Origin: Bacillota bacterium | GTDB lineage: Bacteria; Bacillota; Clostridia; DSM-8532 | Direction: 5' to 3' | Length of the DNA: 64,000 bases | Assembly: GCA_023415205.1 (NCBI GenBank) | Contig: JAEZLR010000029.1 | Location: 158,170-222,169, forward strand | Shown: piece by piece, positions 32,717 to 42,424 of the stretch | Layout: each line of letters starts with the position of its first letter | Position numbering within the stretch: the first letter of the stretch is position 1 | The notes under the pieces: model-generated | Seen by the model: only the letters and a program-made list of their open reading frames with translations | Database searches by the model: none | Told to the model about the DNA's origin: nothing | Translations under genes and position numbers: made by a program

Positions 32717-33439
32717 TCAATATTTTTCAATAATAACCCCTTCCGGGGGACTATTCTTGGGCATTGCCAGGAGTACACCCTCTGAAAAAACTCCCATGAC
32801 GGTGATTTTCTCTCCTGTCTTCAGTGTTCGCTCCGCCTCAGTGACGGCATCGAACTCGCACAACCGCTCCTGAACAATGACATTGATCTTGCCTTGACCA
32901 ATCTTGGATCTTGGGATGGGGATGTACACCTCACCCTCCTTGCCTACGGCATTTTCAATGAGTACATTGCCGCTTTGCTGCATACGCAAGGCCAGCCGGA
33001 CCGACCAAGCGACAAAGTAAAGGGCTAGGAATCCTGATACCATTACCAGTAAGAATACGGCAGGTGCAGGCACCTTCCAGCTAATGGACGCTACCCCCAT
33101 CCAACCGCCTACGGCCAGAAAGGCGATAATGCCCCTCAAGGTAAATAGCCGGAGAGCATCGACAGGCTCGGATCCTGCCTCTCCATGGTGGCAGGTGCCG
33201 TCGTGGATATGGGAAAGCTCTTCATGCCCACCCGAAAAATCCTGGCCATGGCCCTCAAACAAACCATGGGGTCCGTCATGGACATGTAGATCCACGTGGG
33301 TGTCCCCAGAATCAGCGCCCTCTCCATGGGAGAACCCCAGCATAAATAGAATAAACTGTACCACCATAACCAGGGTTGACGGGATGGCCACTGAAGCAAA
33401 AACCTGCTGCAGTCCGGTTAACTCATTCCACCAGTTCAT
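32717..33439 (-). CDS. NfeD-family membrane protein (YuaF-like) with His/Gly-rich insert
   Basis: TM segments flanking, C-terminal OB-fold-like NfeD domain, immediately upstream of flotillin. Confidence 0.8.
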   Translation of the reverse strand: MNWWNELTGLQQVFASVAIPSTLVMVVQFILFMLGFSHGEGADSGDTHVDLHVHDGPHGLFEGHGQDFSGGHEELSHIHDGTCHHGEAGSEPVDALRLFTLRGIIAFLAVGGWMGVASISWKVPAPAVFLLVMVSGFLALYFVAWSVRLALRMQQSGNVLIENAVGKEGEVYIPIPRSKIGQGKINVIVQERLCEFDAVTEAERTLKTGEKITVMGVFSEGVLLAMPKNSPPEGVIIEKY

Positions 33440-33468
33440 AATTCACCTCCTAACGATTATGATTGGCT

Positions 33469-34026
33469 TTATAATCCTTCTGTCAATTGATTGGCGTACC
33501 TTTTAAACTTTGCCGATTCATAGGCGCAAACCATAGCTTTAAGCGCCAGCTTGAGCCTTTCCTTGGCCCCGGAATAGGGCTCCTTGAAGTTTTCCAGTTG
33601 CTTATCTATCTTATTAAATAGGTCGCCGATCATGAGTGTTTTTATTATTCCATCCTCTTCGGCATCCTCAATTAAGACCCTGCAAAGACAATCATAAATG
33701 TCACTGTCATCCATAATATCATCGCTCCGATCCAGAAGATCTCCATTCACATAGCTTAAGAGCTTTGCCACTTTCTCAATAACAAGAGCCTCTCTAAGCA
33801 TATGAATAAGGATGATCCGAGCCACCTGCCCCTTGGAGTACTTGCGATTAACGGCTGGATTAACATAGCCCCTCTTGATCCAATTTTGCACAGCAGCAGG
33901 CTCAAGGCCTGTAATGTCGCATATCTGGGAAAGGGTCATCCCATTGGTCACTGAAAAAATTCCGCTAAACAATCCCTCTCGGGAAAGGGGGACTTTTGTG
34001 CCGGGAAAACAACACGGTGGATTCAT
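33469..34026 (-). CDS. HTH-domain hypothetical protein (MerR-like helix 'TLSQICDITGLEPAAVQNWIKRGYV'; possibly DUF1836 family)
   Basis: ATG 34026 preceded by AAGGAG RBS; upstream part of listed ORF begins at a GTG codon in an upstream extension that lies 5' of the RBS. Confidence 0.55.
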   Translation of the reverse strand: MNPPCCFPGTKVPLSREGLFSGIFSVTNGMTLSQICDITGLEPAAVQNWIKRGYVNPAVNRKYSKGQVARIILIHMLREALVIEKVAKLLSYVNGDLLDRSDDIMDDSDIYDCLCRVLIEDAEEDGIIKTLMIGDLFNKIDKQLENFKEPYSGAKERLKLALKAMVCAYESAKFKRYANQLTEGL

Positions 34027-34260
34027 ACCTACTCCTTCTGTGAGGGATTCAACCTCTATTGGCTTTATCCGTTCACTTGTTAATATGTTAACATTATACT
34101 TTGCGTTCTGTAGAATGTAAAATACGTTCGTATGACTATTTATAATATTCACGCGTTTAATTTGTCTATCGCATTAAAATATCTCACCCTTACGTACTAT
34201 TTCGCAATTTTTCTTCTGTTTACTTCAATTATTGTATTTTAAAGATATGTCCACCCATCG

Positions 34261-36369
34261 TCACAGGACAGTTATAATACCGCTCTTTAGGCATAATTCC
34301 AGATCAAGCCGCCGAATACGGCCCTTAAAATCAACCTCCAGCAGGGTTCTGTCGCTCTGGCTCAACACCCCGGCAATAACCCCTTTCCCATATTTTTTAT
34401 GTTGGATCATCATCCCCTCTCCCAGGGTGTCACCCAACTCCCCGTGAAGGAGGGAGGCCACTTCATTGACGAAGGTTGAACGGGGTACCGGCTGATGGTT
34501 GACCTCCTGGGGGCTGATCAGATAAAGCCATGTCTTGGCCCGGGTCATACCCACGAAAAAGAGCCTGCGTTCTTCCTCCATCAGCTCCCCCTTTTTCTCC
34601 TTTACAGATTGATTAAGCGCCCGGTCACCAGGGATCTCATGATTGGTGAGGTCAACCATGAACACGCAATCATACTCAAGTCCCTTGCTGGAATGAAGGG
34701 TGGAAAGGGTCACCCTGCTTTCGGAATGAGCGGGGGTAGATTGGAACAACCGCTCCAATTCCCCCATCCTCATAAGAAAGGCGGCGGGGGAAGGGCAAGA
34801 AAGGGACAGTGTCTTCAATATTCCGAACATCCCATAGAGCGCATCCATGGAGAGCCCCATGCGGTCACAGTATTCCTTGACACTCCCGAAGAACTTAAAA
34901 TCCTTTTCTATAGAGAGGAGCACCTTTAGGGGTGACAGCCGCGAAAGCCTCTTAAACTCCTTGATAAGCTCATAGAGCTTGGCCACTTGAAAGGGCTTGA
35001 GCTCATTGCTTTTAATGATGGCTTCAATAACTGGTCCGGAACCGGACCGGAGGGCGTTTTCCAGCATGACCTTTGAAATGTAACGATTCATCTTAAGGTA
35101 TATCCGTGAAAAAGCCTCTCCATCACAGGGGTTAACGGCTACCTTGAAAAAAGCCAGAATATCCTGTATGAGCCAATGCTGAAAAAAGTGAACCCTATTT
35201 TGTCGCAGACTGTAGGAGATACCCTCCCTGTCCAGTACGTCCACCAAGGGGATGGAGGATAGGTTGTTGCGATAAAGAACGGCGATCTTGGCAGGGCTAT
35301 CGGTTATATGCTGCCGGAGGGAATGGACAAGAAAGGTGCATTGCTCCTTTTCATCCTTGACCCCAACGAGAAAGGGGGGATATTTCTCGTTGTTTTGGGT
35401 GGAGTGGGCCTTATCATACCGCTCCCTATTGCTTTTGATAAATTGGCTGGAAATCTCAACAATATTCCTGGTGGAACGGTAATTCTGCTCCAGCTTGTAC
35501 ACGGAAAGCTCTTTGAAGGAATCCTTTAATGATAGTATGGTTCGGGGCTCGGCGCCCCTAAAGCCATAAATGCTCTGGTCGTCGTCGGCCACCAGAAAGA
35601 AGTTGTTCTCTTTAGAGGAAACCAAAAGCTTGAGAATTTCAAACTGGATTTTGGACAAATCCTGTCCCTCGTCCACTTGATAGTAGCTGTAGCGATTCTG
35701 GTAGGCGGCAAGTATATCGGGGCACCGCTGAAGAATGCTGTAGCTGTAGACCAGCATATCGTCAAAATCCATCAGGAGATTCTTCTTTTTATAGGCTTCA
35801 TAGGCTTTATAGATAGGTTCAAAATTTTTGGATTGAAGCTCAAGATCGTCAAAGTCCTTGACCATTCTGTTTTTGACAAAGCCTATTTCATTAACAAGGG
35901 TCTCTAATTCTTCGTCATTAATGGGTGTTTCATTGATTTGCTTATATAGCTCCCTAAGAATGCGCTGTTTATTGACCGACCCTTCATCAGGCTCTCCTTC
36001 AATAAGCTTTAGCTTTTTTCCCTGCCTTCTTTCATAATCCTTAACCACCCCATAGCAGAAGCTATGAAGGGTAGAAAAAACAGGCGTACCCTGAAGGCCC
36101 TCACCGAAAATTCTTATGTACCGATTCCGCATTTCCAACTGAGCAGCCTTATTAAAGGTCACCGTCAAAATACTTCCGGGAGGCACCTTGCATTCCTCTA
36201 TGAGAAATGCTGCTCTTGCCGTGATAACGGTGGTTTTCCCGGAGCCGGGCCCGGAAAGCACCAATGCAGGCCCTTTCCCGTGGGTGACAGCGGACTTTTG
36301 CTGGGAATTTAATAGGATGTGGCGCTTGACTTCAAGGGTTTCGAAAAAATTACTCACTGTTTCTCCCAA
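34261..36369 (-). CDS. UvrD/PcrA-family ATP-dependent DNA helicase with C-terminal Tudor-like domain
   Basis: Walker A GPGSGKTT, SF1 helicase motifs, C-terminal 'GMMIQHKKYGKGVIAGV' Tudor-like segment. Confidence 0.88.
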   Translation of the reverse strand: MGETVSNFFETLEVKRHILLNSQQKSAVTHGKGPALVLSGPGSGKTTVITARAAFLIEECKVPPGSILTVTFNKAAQLEMRNRYIRIFGEGLQGTPVFSTLHSFCYGVVKDYERRQGKKLKLIEGEPDEGSVNKQRILRELYKQINETPINDEELETLVNEIGFVKNRMVKDFDDLELQSKNFEPIYKAYEAYKKKNLLMDFDDMLVYSYSILQRCPDILAAYQNRYSYYQVDEGQDLSKIQFEILKLLVSSKENNFFLVADDDQSIYGFRGAEPRTILSLKDSFKELSVYKLEQNYRSTRNIVEISSQFIKSNRERYDKAHSTQNNEKYPPFLVGVKDEKEQCTFLVHSLRQHITDSPAKIAVLYRNNLSSIPLVDVLDREGISYSLRQNRVHFFQHWLIQDILAFFKVAVNPCDGEAFSRIYLKMNRYISKVMLENALRSGSGPVIEAIIKSNELKPFQVAKLYELIKEFKRLSRLSPLKVLLSIEKDFKFFGSVKEYCDRMGLSMDALYGMFGILKTLSLSCPSPAAFLMRMGELERLFQSTPAHSESRVTLSTLHSSKGLEYDCVFMVDLTNHEIPGDRALNQSVKEKKGELMEEERRLFFVGMTRAKTWLYLISPQEVNHQPVPRSTFVNEVASLLHGELGDTLGEGMMIQHKKYGKGVIAGVLSQSDRTLLEVDFKGRIRRLDLELCLKSGIITVL

Positions 36370-36539
36370 AGCATTTGCTTATTTTTCAAGGTCACCCTCC
36401 CTTCTATTGTATTTCTTTTATCGGCGTACATCAACCTTGAAGACCGCTATGGGGCTGTTTGTAAGAATCGCCATTCGAGTCTTTAGCCCAACGGTTTTAA
36501 AAACAGCCCCTTCCACGGCCCCCAAGGCCTGAGCCCTGT

Positions 36540-36668
36540 CTAACCACCCTTTTGCTGCATTTTTTTAGTGTCGTGGCCCGTCCCAGGCACAGGTTCTCCC
36601 CGGTTGTCCTTGGGCGGTTCAGGATTGGGAAACCTCTTTTCATTGTATTTATGCTTTTTCTCGGACAT
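36540..36668 (-). CDS. unannotated small basic protein, 42 aa (MSEKKHKYNEKRFPNPEPPKDNRGEPVPGTGHDTKKMQQKGG), composition reminiscent of minor SASP-type proteins
   Basis: ATG preceded by AAGGAGGG RBS at optimal spacing; clean ORF in 430-nt intergenic region; below the 60-aa cutoff of the ORF track. Confidence 0.45.
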   Translation of the reverse strand: MSEKKHKYNEKRFPNPEPPKDNRGEPVPGTGHDTKKMQQKGG

Positions 36669-36802
36669 CTTTTCATCCCTCCTTAAGCCTTAGCTTGTGC
36701 CATTTTATGTGGTTTTACCCCCAATTTATTGCTCTTGACGAGTAAAACAAATACATCCTACAATAATAAATATAAGATTTCATATTTTTAGGAGATAAAA
36801 GG

Positions 36803-37666
36803 TTGAAAAAGTATTTTAAGAGCATCGGAGCCGCTCTTGCCTATCTTGCTCTATATTTGTTTATGTCACTATTGGTGGCCATAGGAGTAGGACTCTATCT
36901 GGGCTTTACCACCGCTTTTGAAACCTCGGGAGCCCGGACGGACTTATTGGCGGCGCGAATCGACACCTTTCTTCAAAGCAATGCTCCGCTCATCGTCATC
37001 CTGACCAATGTCCTAAGCCTCCTATCCTTTCTTCTTGTTACAAAAATACGAAAAAAGCCTCTCAGGGAGAGATTGGATTTGGTGCCCGTCCCCTTAAGGA
37101 ATCTCTGGCCCCTTCTGGTGGCAGGACTGACCTTGAACCTTCTTATTACCTTCTTGATCGGCTTCTTACCTATTCCTGAATCCACTTTAGAGGGCTATGC
37201 CCAGGCCACGGGCAGCCTCAATGAATACACCCTTCAGGGCTTTCTCGCCGCCGTGATAGTGGCTCCCCTCTTTGAGGAAATCATGCTGCGGGGCTATATT
37301 ATGAAAACCCTTCAAAAGGGCTTACCCCACCTCCTGGCGGTGTTTCTGCAGGCCCTTATTTTCGGGCTTTTACACGGACAGATTCTTTGGGTGGCCTATT
37401 CCTTCTTTATGGGTATCCTTTTCGGGCTATTAAAATTAAGGTATCAATCCCTTTATGCTTGTATACTCCTGCACTTTTCCTTTAACGTCTCCAATTATCT
37501 CATCTCACCTTTGCTGCAATGGGCAGGAGACAGCCTCTTTTTCTTACTGGGCATCTTTATCGTGTCGTTAGGCATAACAATCTTAATGGTCAAGCTCATT
37601 ATGGAGAGAACGCGACCATCCAAAGAGCCCGCCAAGGATCTCCATGAAATTCCGATGGAGTCTTAA
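36803..37666 (+). CDS. CPBP-family (CAAX-type) intramembrane metalloprotease
   Basis: Multi-TM protein with EExxxR (FEEIMLRGY) and FxxxH (FGLLHG) motifs; TTG start after AGGAGATAAAAGG RBS. Confidence 0.8.
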   Translation: MKKYFKSIGAALAYLALYLFMSLLVAIGVGLYLGFTTAFETSGARTDLLAARIDTFLQSNAPLIVILTNVLSLLSFLLVTKIRKKPLRERLDLVPVPLRNLWPLLVAGLTLNLLITFLIGFLPIPESTLEGYAQATGSLNEYTLQGFLAAVIVAPLFEEIMLRGYIMKTLQKGLPHLLAVFLQALIFGLLHGQILWVAYSFFMGILFGLLKLRYQSLYACILLHFSFNVSNYLISPLLQWAGDSLFFLLGIFIVSLGITILMVKLIMERTRPSKEPAKDLHEIPMES

Positions 37667-37855
37667 GGTTCAATGATCATCTTTGAGAATATTTAAAATA
37701 AGGATAATTTGAATAATGGACTTTCTAACCTTGCACCTTTTAGCACAATTGACGGGATGTCCTTTATGTCATTTGTGTAAGGAGGTGCATTTTTAGCGCA
37801 CGCTTTTTATGTCAGGAGCGAATTGTATAAATAGACATACATTTGCACTAAATGA

Positions 37856-37873
37856 TTATGAAATTTTTCACAA
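37856..37873 (+). promoter_or_regulatory. Rex operator (TTATGAAATTTTTCACAA) adjoining the pckG promoter
   Basis: 17/18 match to TTGTGAAWWWWTTCACAA Rex box; followed by TTTCAA-17-TATAAT promoter (37880-37908). Confidence 0.6.
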
Positions 37874-38007
37874 AGTGTCTTTCAAATTGTACATTCATCA
37901 GTTATAATAGTAATGACTTATGGGAGAACCATAAGTATAAAAATTTTTATGTTATCAAAAATATCAGACGATATCGCAAAGAACAAAATTGGAAGGGAGA
38001 ATTATTC

Positions 38008-39792
38008 ATGAACAAAAAACTTGAAGCATGGGTAAAAGAAGTCGCCGACCTGTGCCAACCCGATCAAATCTATTGGTGCGATGGTTCACAGGAAGAAAAT
38101 GACCGCTTATTAAAAGAAATGGTTGATGCCGGAATGGCAACACCTTTAAATCCTGAAAAGCGTCCTGGCTGCTTCCTTTTCCGTAGCGATCCTTCTGACG
38201 TTGCACGTGTCGAAAACCGTACCTACATCGCCTCCAAGACCCAGGAAGAAGCGGGCCCCACCAACAACTGGATTGATCCCGAAGAGCTCAAAGGAACAAT
38301 GAGAGACCTCTATAAGGGCTGCATGAAGGGCCGTACCATGTACGTTATTCCTTTCTCCATGGGTCCCATAGGCTCCCCTATCTCCAAAATCGGCGTAGAA
38401 ATATCCGATAGCCCCTATGTTGTTGTCAATATGCGCATCATGACCCGTATGGGCAAGAAGGTTCTTGAAGTACTGGGTGATGGCGAGTTCGTTCCTTGTC
38501 TGCATTCCATTGGTGCTCCTTTGGCCGAAGGACAAAAAGATTCCTCATGGCCTTGCGCACCCATTGAGCAGAAGTACATCAGCCACTTCCCTGAGGAAAG
38601 AACCATTTGGTCCTACGGTTCCGGTTACGGCGGAAACGCTCTCCTCGGCAAAAAGTGCTTTGCTCTTCGTATCGCTTCCGTTCTGGCTCGCGATGAAGGC
38701 TGGCTGGCTGAGCATATGCTCATCCTTAAGCTTACAAGTCCCGAAGGCGAAGTCAAGTATGTTGCTGCTGCATTCCCTAGCGCTTGCGGTAAGACCAACC
38801 TGGCTATGCTCGTTCCCACCATCCCCGGATGGAAGGTTGAAACTATTGGTGACGACATCGCATGGATGAAATACGGTGCTGATGGACGTCTCTATGCTAT
38901 CAATCCTGAAGCCGGCTTCTTCGGAGTGGCTCCTGGAACCTCCATGGATTCCAACCCCAATGCTATGCACAGTATTGAAAAGAACACCATCTTCACCAAT
39001 GTTGGTTTAACAGATGACGGCGATATTTGGTGGGAAGGTATCGGCTATAAAGCACCTGATCACCTCATTGATTGGAAGGGCAAGGATTGGACTCCTGATT
39101 CCAAGGACCCTGCTGCTCATGCCAATGCTCGTTTCACAGCACCTGCTAATCAGTGCCCCGCTATTGCTTCTGAATGGGAAGATCCTGCAGGCGTGCCCAT
39201 CTCCGCTATCCTCATTGGCGGACGTCGCCCCAGCACCATTCCTCTGGTTCATGAGAGCTTTGACTGGAATCACGGTGTATTCCTTGGCTCCATCATGGGT
39301 TCCGAGCTGACTGCTGCCGCTATTTCCGACAAAATCGGCCAGGTTCGCCGCGATCCTTTCGCTATGCTGCCTTTCATCGGTTACAATGTAAACGATTATC
39401 TGCAACACTGGCTGGATATCGGAACAAAGACCGATGCGGATAAACTGCCTAAGATTTTCTATGTTAACTGGTTCCGTAAAGATGAAAATGGCAGATGGCT
39501 CTGGCCCGGTTACGGTGAGAACAGCCGCGTTCTGAAGTGGATCTTCGATAGAGTTTCCGGCAAGGCCGACGCTGTTAAGACCGAAATTGGTTATATGCCT
39601 ACCGTTAATGCTATCGATACAACTGGTCTTGACGTCAGCGAAGCTGATATGGCCGAGCTTCTCAAGGTTAAGAAGGACGAGTGGTTAAGAGAAGTAGAGT
39701 CCATCAAGGAACACTACAAGACCTATGGCCCACGTCTTCCCAAGGAACTCCAAAACCAGCTTGCTGCTCTCGAAAAGAGATTACAGGCGTAA
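38008..39792 (+). CDS. pckG: phosphoenolpyruvate carboxykinase (GTP-dependent type)
   Basis: GTP-PEPCK signature regions (kinase-1a '[10 protein letters not shown]', '[15 protein letters not shown]'), ~595 aa; ATG 38008 with GGAAGGGAGA RBS (upstream in-frame extension spans AT-rich promoter region and is rejected). Confidence 0.9.
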   Translation: MNKKLEAWVKEVADLCQPDQIYWCDGSQEENDRLLKEMVDAGMATPLNPEKRPGCFLFRSDPSDVARVENRTYIASKTQEEAGPTNNWIDPEELKGTMRDLYKGCMKGRTMYVIPFSMGPIGSPISKIGVEISDSPYVVVNMRIMTRMGKKVLEVLGDGEFVPCLHSIGAPLAEGQKDSSWPCAPIEQKYISHFPEERTIWSYGSGYGGNALLGKKCFALRIASVLARDEGWLAEHMLILKLTSPEGEVKYVAAAFPSACGKTNLAMLVPTIPGWKVETIGDDIAWMKYGADGRLYAINPEAGFFGVAPGTSMDSNPNAMHSIEKNTIFTNVGLTDDGDIWWEGIGYKAPDHLIDWKGKDWTPDSKDPAAHANARFTAPANQCPAIASEWEDPAGVPISAILIGGRRPSTIPLVHESFDWNHGVFLGSIMGSELTAAAISDKIGQVRRDPFAMLPFIGYNVNDYLQHWLDIGTKTDADKLPKIFYVNWFRKDENGRWLWPGYGENSRVLKWIFDRVSGKADAVKTEIGYMPTVNAIDTTGLDVSEADMAELLKVKKDEWLREVESIKEHYKTYGPRLPKELQNQLAALEKRLQA

Positions 39793-39805
39793 ATTTCCAT
39801 TGGTT

Positions 39806-39846
39806 TCAAAAGGACGGATGAGCAACCCTCATCCGTCCTTTTTTAT
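39806..39846. terminator. Bidirectional rho-independent terminator (pckG / SBP gene)
   Basis: Stem AGGACGGATGAG/CTCATCCGTCCT with 6-nt loop, flanked by A-run and T-run. Confidence 0.85.
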
Positions 39847-39860
39847 TCTCTTCCCTTTAC

Positions 39861-41219
39861 TTACTTGCGTTTCTGCTCCCAATCACTCTTAGCCTTCTTG
39901 ATAACCTCATCCCAAGCGAGCTTGCCTTGGACATAGGCGCTTATATCAGGCCCCAGGGTACTTAAGCCCCACCCCTCGGGGTAGGCTCTAAAAACCCAGT
40001 TAATGAACTTCTTCGATCTGGCCTGAGAAAGGATGAACTCGCTGAGGGGATCAGAAACTGAATCGGAGGAAAAGCCCTTATAAGGGGGGATGAATTTAAG
40101 GTTTTCGCTGATGGATCTTTGCCCTTCCTCGGATAAGTAGAGCCAATTGATGAAGTCACTTGCAGCCTTCTGAACCTCCTGGGGCTTTGATTTATTGACA
40201 GCCCAATACATGGAGACCCCTATGGGGCTGGCATTCTCCTTGAAGCCCTCCACAGGGAAGGGCATGAGTCCAATTTTTGTGAGCATTTTTTTATCACTAT
40301 TTTCAATGGTATTGATTATCCAGCTTCCTTGCGGGATGATGGCCACCTTGCCAGGAAGGAAGAACTCCTCCACTTGTTTCTTGTAATCCATCTCATAGGA
40401 CGGCTGCACTGAATACTGATTGAAAAGATCTACCAATTTTTTAAAGGCATCGCCATACTTAAACGCAACAGTCTTGGCATAATAGGTTTTAAAGGCATCC
40501 CCTTCAAATTCAGGAGAGAGGAACAGGTTGGACAGATACAGACCCGTCTCAGCATTTTCTTTCGCCGGAAAAGCGAACACCGCGTCAATTTTAAGATCCT
40601 TTTTCTGCTCATCCAGCTTTTTAACGGCGATCTCAAGGGCCTGGAAGGAATCGATTTTCTCTATGTCGATTTGTGCCTTCTCAAGAATTTCGGTGTTATA
40701 AACCAAACCATACCCTTCAATGCTGTAGGGCAGGCCATACACCTGATCCTCCATAGTGACATCCTTCAAGAGCCCTTCGATGACAAACTGGGTTGCCTCC
40801 ATCCCCGAAAGGTCGGAAAGCTTGTCCTTCCAAGGGAGGATATCCTGTGGCCCGCTGATATTGAAAACATCGGGTTCATCACCCGAGTTGAACCTGGCTT
40901 TAAGCGCTTCTCGGTAATCCTTGCCCTCTTTCGGGGACTCTATGGAAAGAGAGATGTCCTTATTGCTTTCCGAGAATTTTTGGGTCACCTGGTCATAGGC
41001 CTCCTTGTAGTCCCCTTGATATTGAAAAACCCTGAGCATAACTTTATGAGAAGGGCTTTCTTGGGGGGATTGCTCCGGGGATTGGGAAGGCGATTCCGAA
41101 GGGGTTTCCTGGGAGGACTGATCCTCGGGTAAGGACTGAAAAAGTGAGCAACCTGAAATCAAACCAACTGCCAGAACAAGAGCAGCCAATTGTTGAAGAC
41201 GTTTTCTTTCCATAGGCAT
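39861..41219 (-). CDS. extracellular solute-binding lipoprotein, carbohydrate ABC transporter (family 1)
   Basis: Lipobox LISGC, Ser/Pro/Gln-rich linker, SBP_bac_1-like body; no cognate permease genes adjacent. Confidence 0.8.
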   Translation of the reverse strand: MPMERKRLQQLAALVLAVGLISGCSLFQSLPEDQSSQETPSESPSQSPEQSPQESPSHKVMLRVFQYQGDYKEAYDQVTQKFSESNKDISLSIESPKEGKDYREALKARFNSGDEPDVFNISGPQDILPWKDKLSDLSGMEATQFVIEGLLKDVTMEDQVYGLPYSIEGYGLVYNTEILEKAQIDIEKIDSFQALEIAVKKLDEQKKDLKIDAVFAFPAKENAETGLYLSNLFLSPEFEGDAFKTYYAKTVAFKYGDAFKKLVDLFNQYSVQPSYEMDYKKQVEEFFLPGKVAIIPQGSWIINTIENSDKKMLTKIGLMPFPVEGFKENASPIGVSMYWAVNKSKPQEVQKAASDFINWLYLSEEGQRSISENLKFIPPYKGFSSDSVSDPLSEFILSQARSKKFINWVFRAYPEGWGLSTLGPDISAYVQGKLAWDEVIKKAKSDWEQKRK

Positions 41220-41352
41220 ATTCTCTCCTTAAGAGCCTTCACTCTAAACAAAAAGCCGCAGGAAACCAAGCTCCCGCAACTTTTTTAAGATACCCCATAC
41301 AAGGATGATCCATCTGCCCATAGCATAACCAATGCCCGAAAGATCATGTATG

Positions 41353-42408
41353 TTATTTTATGATGGGCCGACTAACAGAGTCTCTCTCGACCAATCTGAC
41401 GGGAAAGAGAACTTGTCGGCACTCCTTAGCCCTTCCTTCAATATCGTCCACAAGGGTTCCCACAGCCGCCATACCCTTCCTGAAAATATCCTGATCAATA
41501 GTGGTCAGCCCCGGAATCAGGTAATCGCAGGTTTTGAGATTATCAAACCCCACCACTGAGATTTCATCAGGCACCTTAATCTTCTTTTCCCTGAGGGCTT
41601 TTATGGCTCCAAAGGCCACAATGTCGGCAACACAGAAAAGGGCCGTGACACGTTGTCCTTTTTCGGGCTTTTTATGCATCTCCGCGATGGTCAGCCCCAT
41701 ACGGTAGCCCCCTTCAAAGGATACGCTATCCTCCATGACAAGGGAAGGGTCCTGTGGAAGCCCCGCCTCTTTAAGCGCCTCCTGATAACCCATATATCGG
41801 CTGGTGTTCACCGGGCTGGGTTGAAGCTTTCCGCTCAAAAAGGCAATCCTTTCATGGCCCATAGCGGTGAGGTGTTGACAGGCCATTTTACCCGCTAGAA
41901 AATCGTCATGGCCGATGCTGTGGCAATCTGTCTGCCCGGGATGGCTGTCCATCAGCACTACCGGAACGTGAAGAGTCTTAAGCTCATTCAAAAAAGGCTC
42001 GGGGGTGATCCCCAAAAAAATCACCCCATCCATATTGCGTTTTCGCACCCAATCCTTGAGGCTTTGCTCGGGGCGGATTCCGGTAATGACCACATCATAT
42101 TTTCTCTGCTCCGCCTCATATTCTATGCCGCTTAAAAGCTCTGCATAGAAGGGATTGTCCTTTAAGAGAAGACTTTTGTCATCCCCTGCCTGAGTGATGG
42201 GAAGCATGATGCCCAGAAGATTGCTCTTTCGCTTGGCCAGGCTCCTGGCCGTAAAGTCAGGCTGATAATGAAGCTCTTCAATGGCCCTTAATACCCTCTG
42301 GCGGGTCTCTTCCGAAACCTTGTTGATATTGTTGATCACATTTGAAACCGTTGCCACCGACACACCTACGTGGCGGGCTACATCCTTGGCCGACACCCTT
42401 GGCTCCAT
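41353..42408 (-). CDS. LacI-family transcriptional regulator
   Basis: HTH 'SAKDVARHVGVSVATVSNVIN' + sugar-binding domain. Confidence 0.9.
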   Translation of the reverse strand: MEPRVSAKDVARHVGVSVATVSNVINNINKVSEETRQRVLRAIEELHYQPDFTARSLAKRKSNLLGIMLPITQAGDDKSLLLKDNPFYAELLSGIEYEAEQRKYDVVITGIRPEQSLKDWVRKRNMDGVIFLGITPEPFLNELKTLHVPVVLMDSHPGQTDCHSIGHDDFLAGKMACQHLTAMGHERIAFLSGKLQPSPVNTSRYMGYQEALKEAGLPQDPSLVMEDSVSFEGGYRMGLTIAEMHKKPEKGQRVTALFCVADIVAFGAIKALREKKIKVPDEISVVGFDNLKTCDYLIPGLTTIDQDIFRKGMAAVGTLVDDIEGRAKECRQVLFPVRLVERDSVSRPIIK

Positions 42409-42424
42409 CATTCTTCCCACTCCT

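Noticed and set aside
36188-36532. 114-aa plus-strand ORF overlapping the 5' end of the helicase gene
   Set aside because: Antisense to a well-supported CDS start, no RBS, no recognisable domains.
37852-38007. N-terminal extension of the PEPCK ORF ([22 protein letters not shown]...)
   Set aside because: Extension is AT-rich, overlaps the promoter/Rex box, and a strong RBS precedes the internal ATG at 38008 which gives the canonical PEPCK N-terminus.
38146-38970. Several 60-140-aa ORFs antisense to pckG
   Set aside because: Entirely inside a high-confidence CDS on the opposite strand; typical antisense open frames of a GC-moderate gene.
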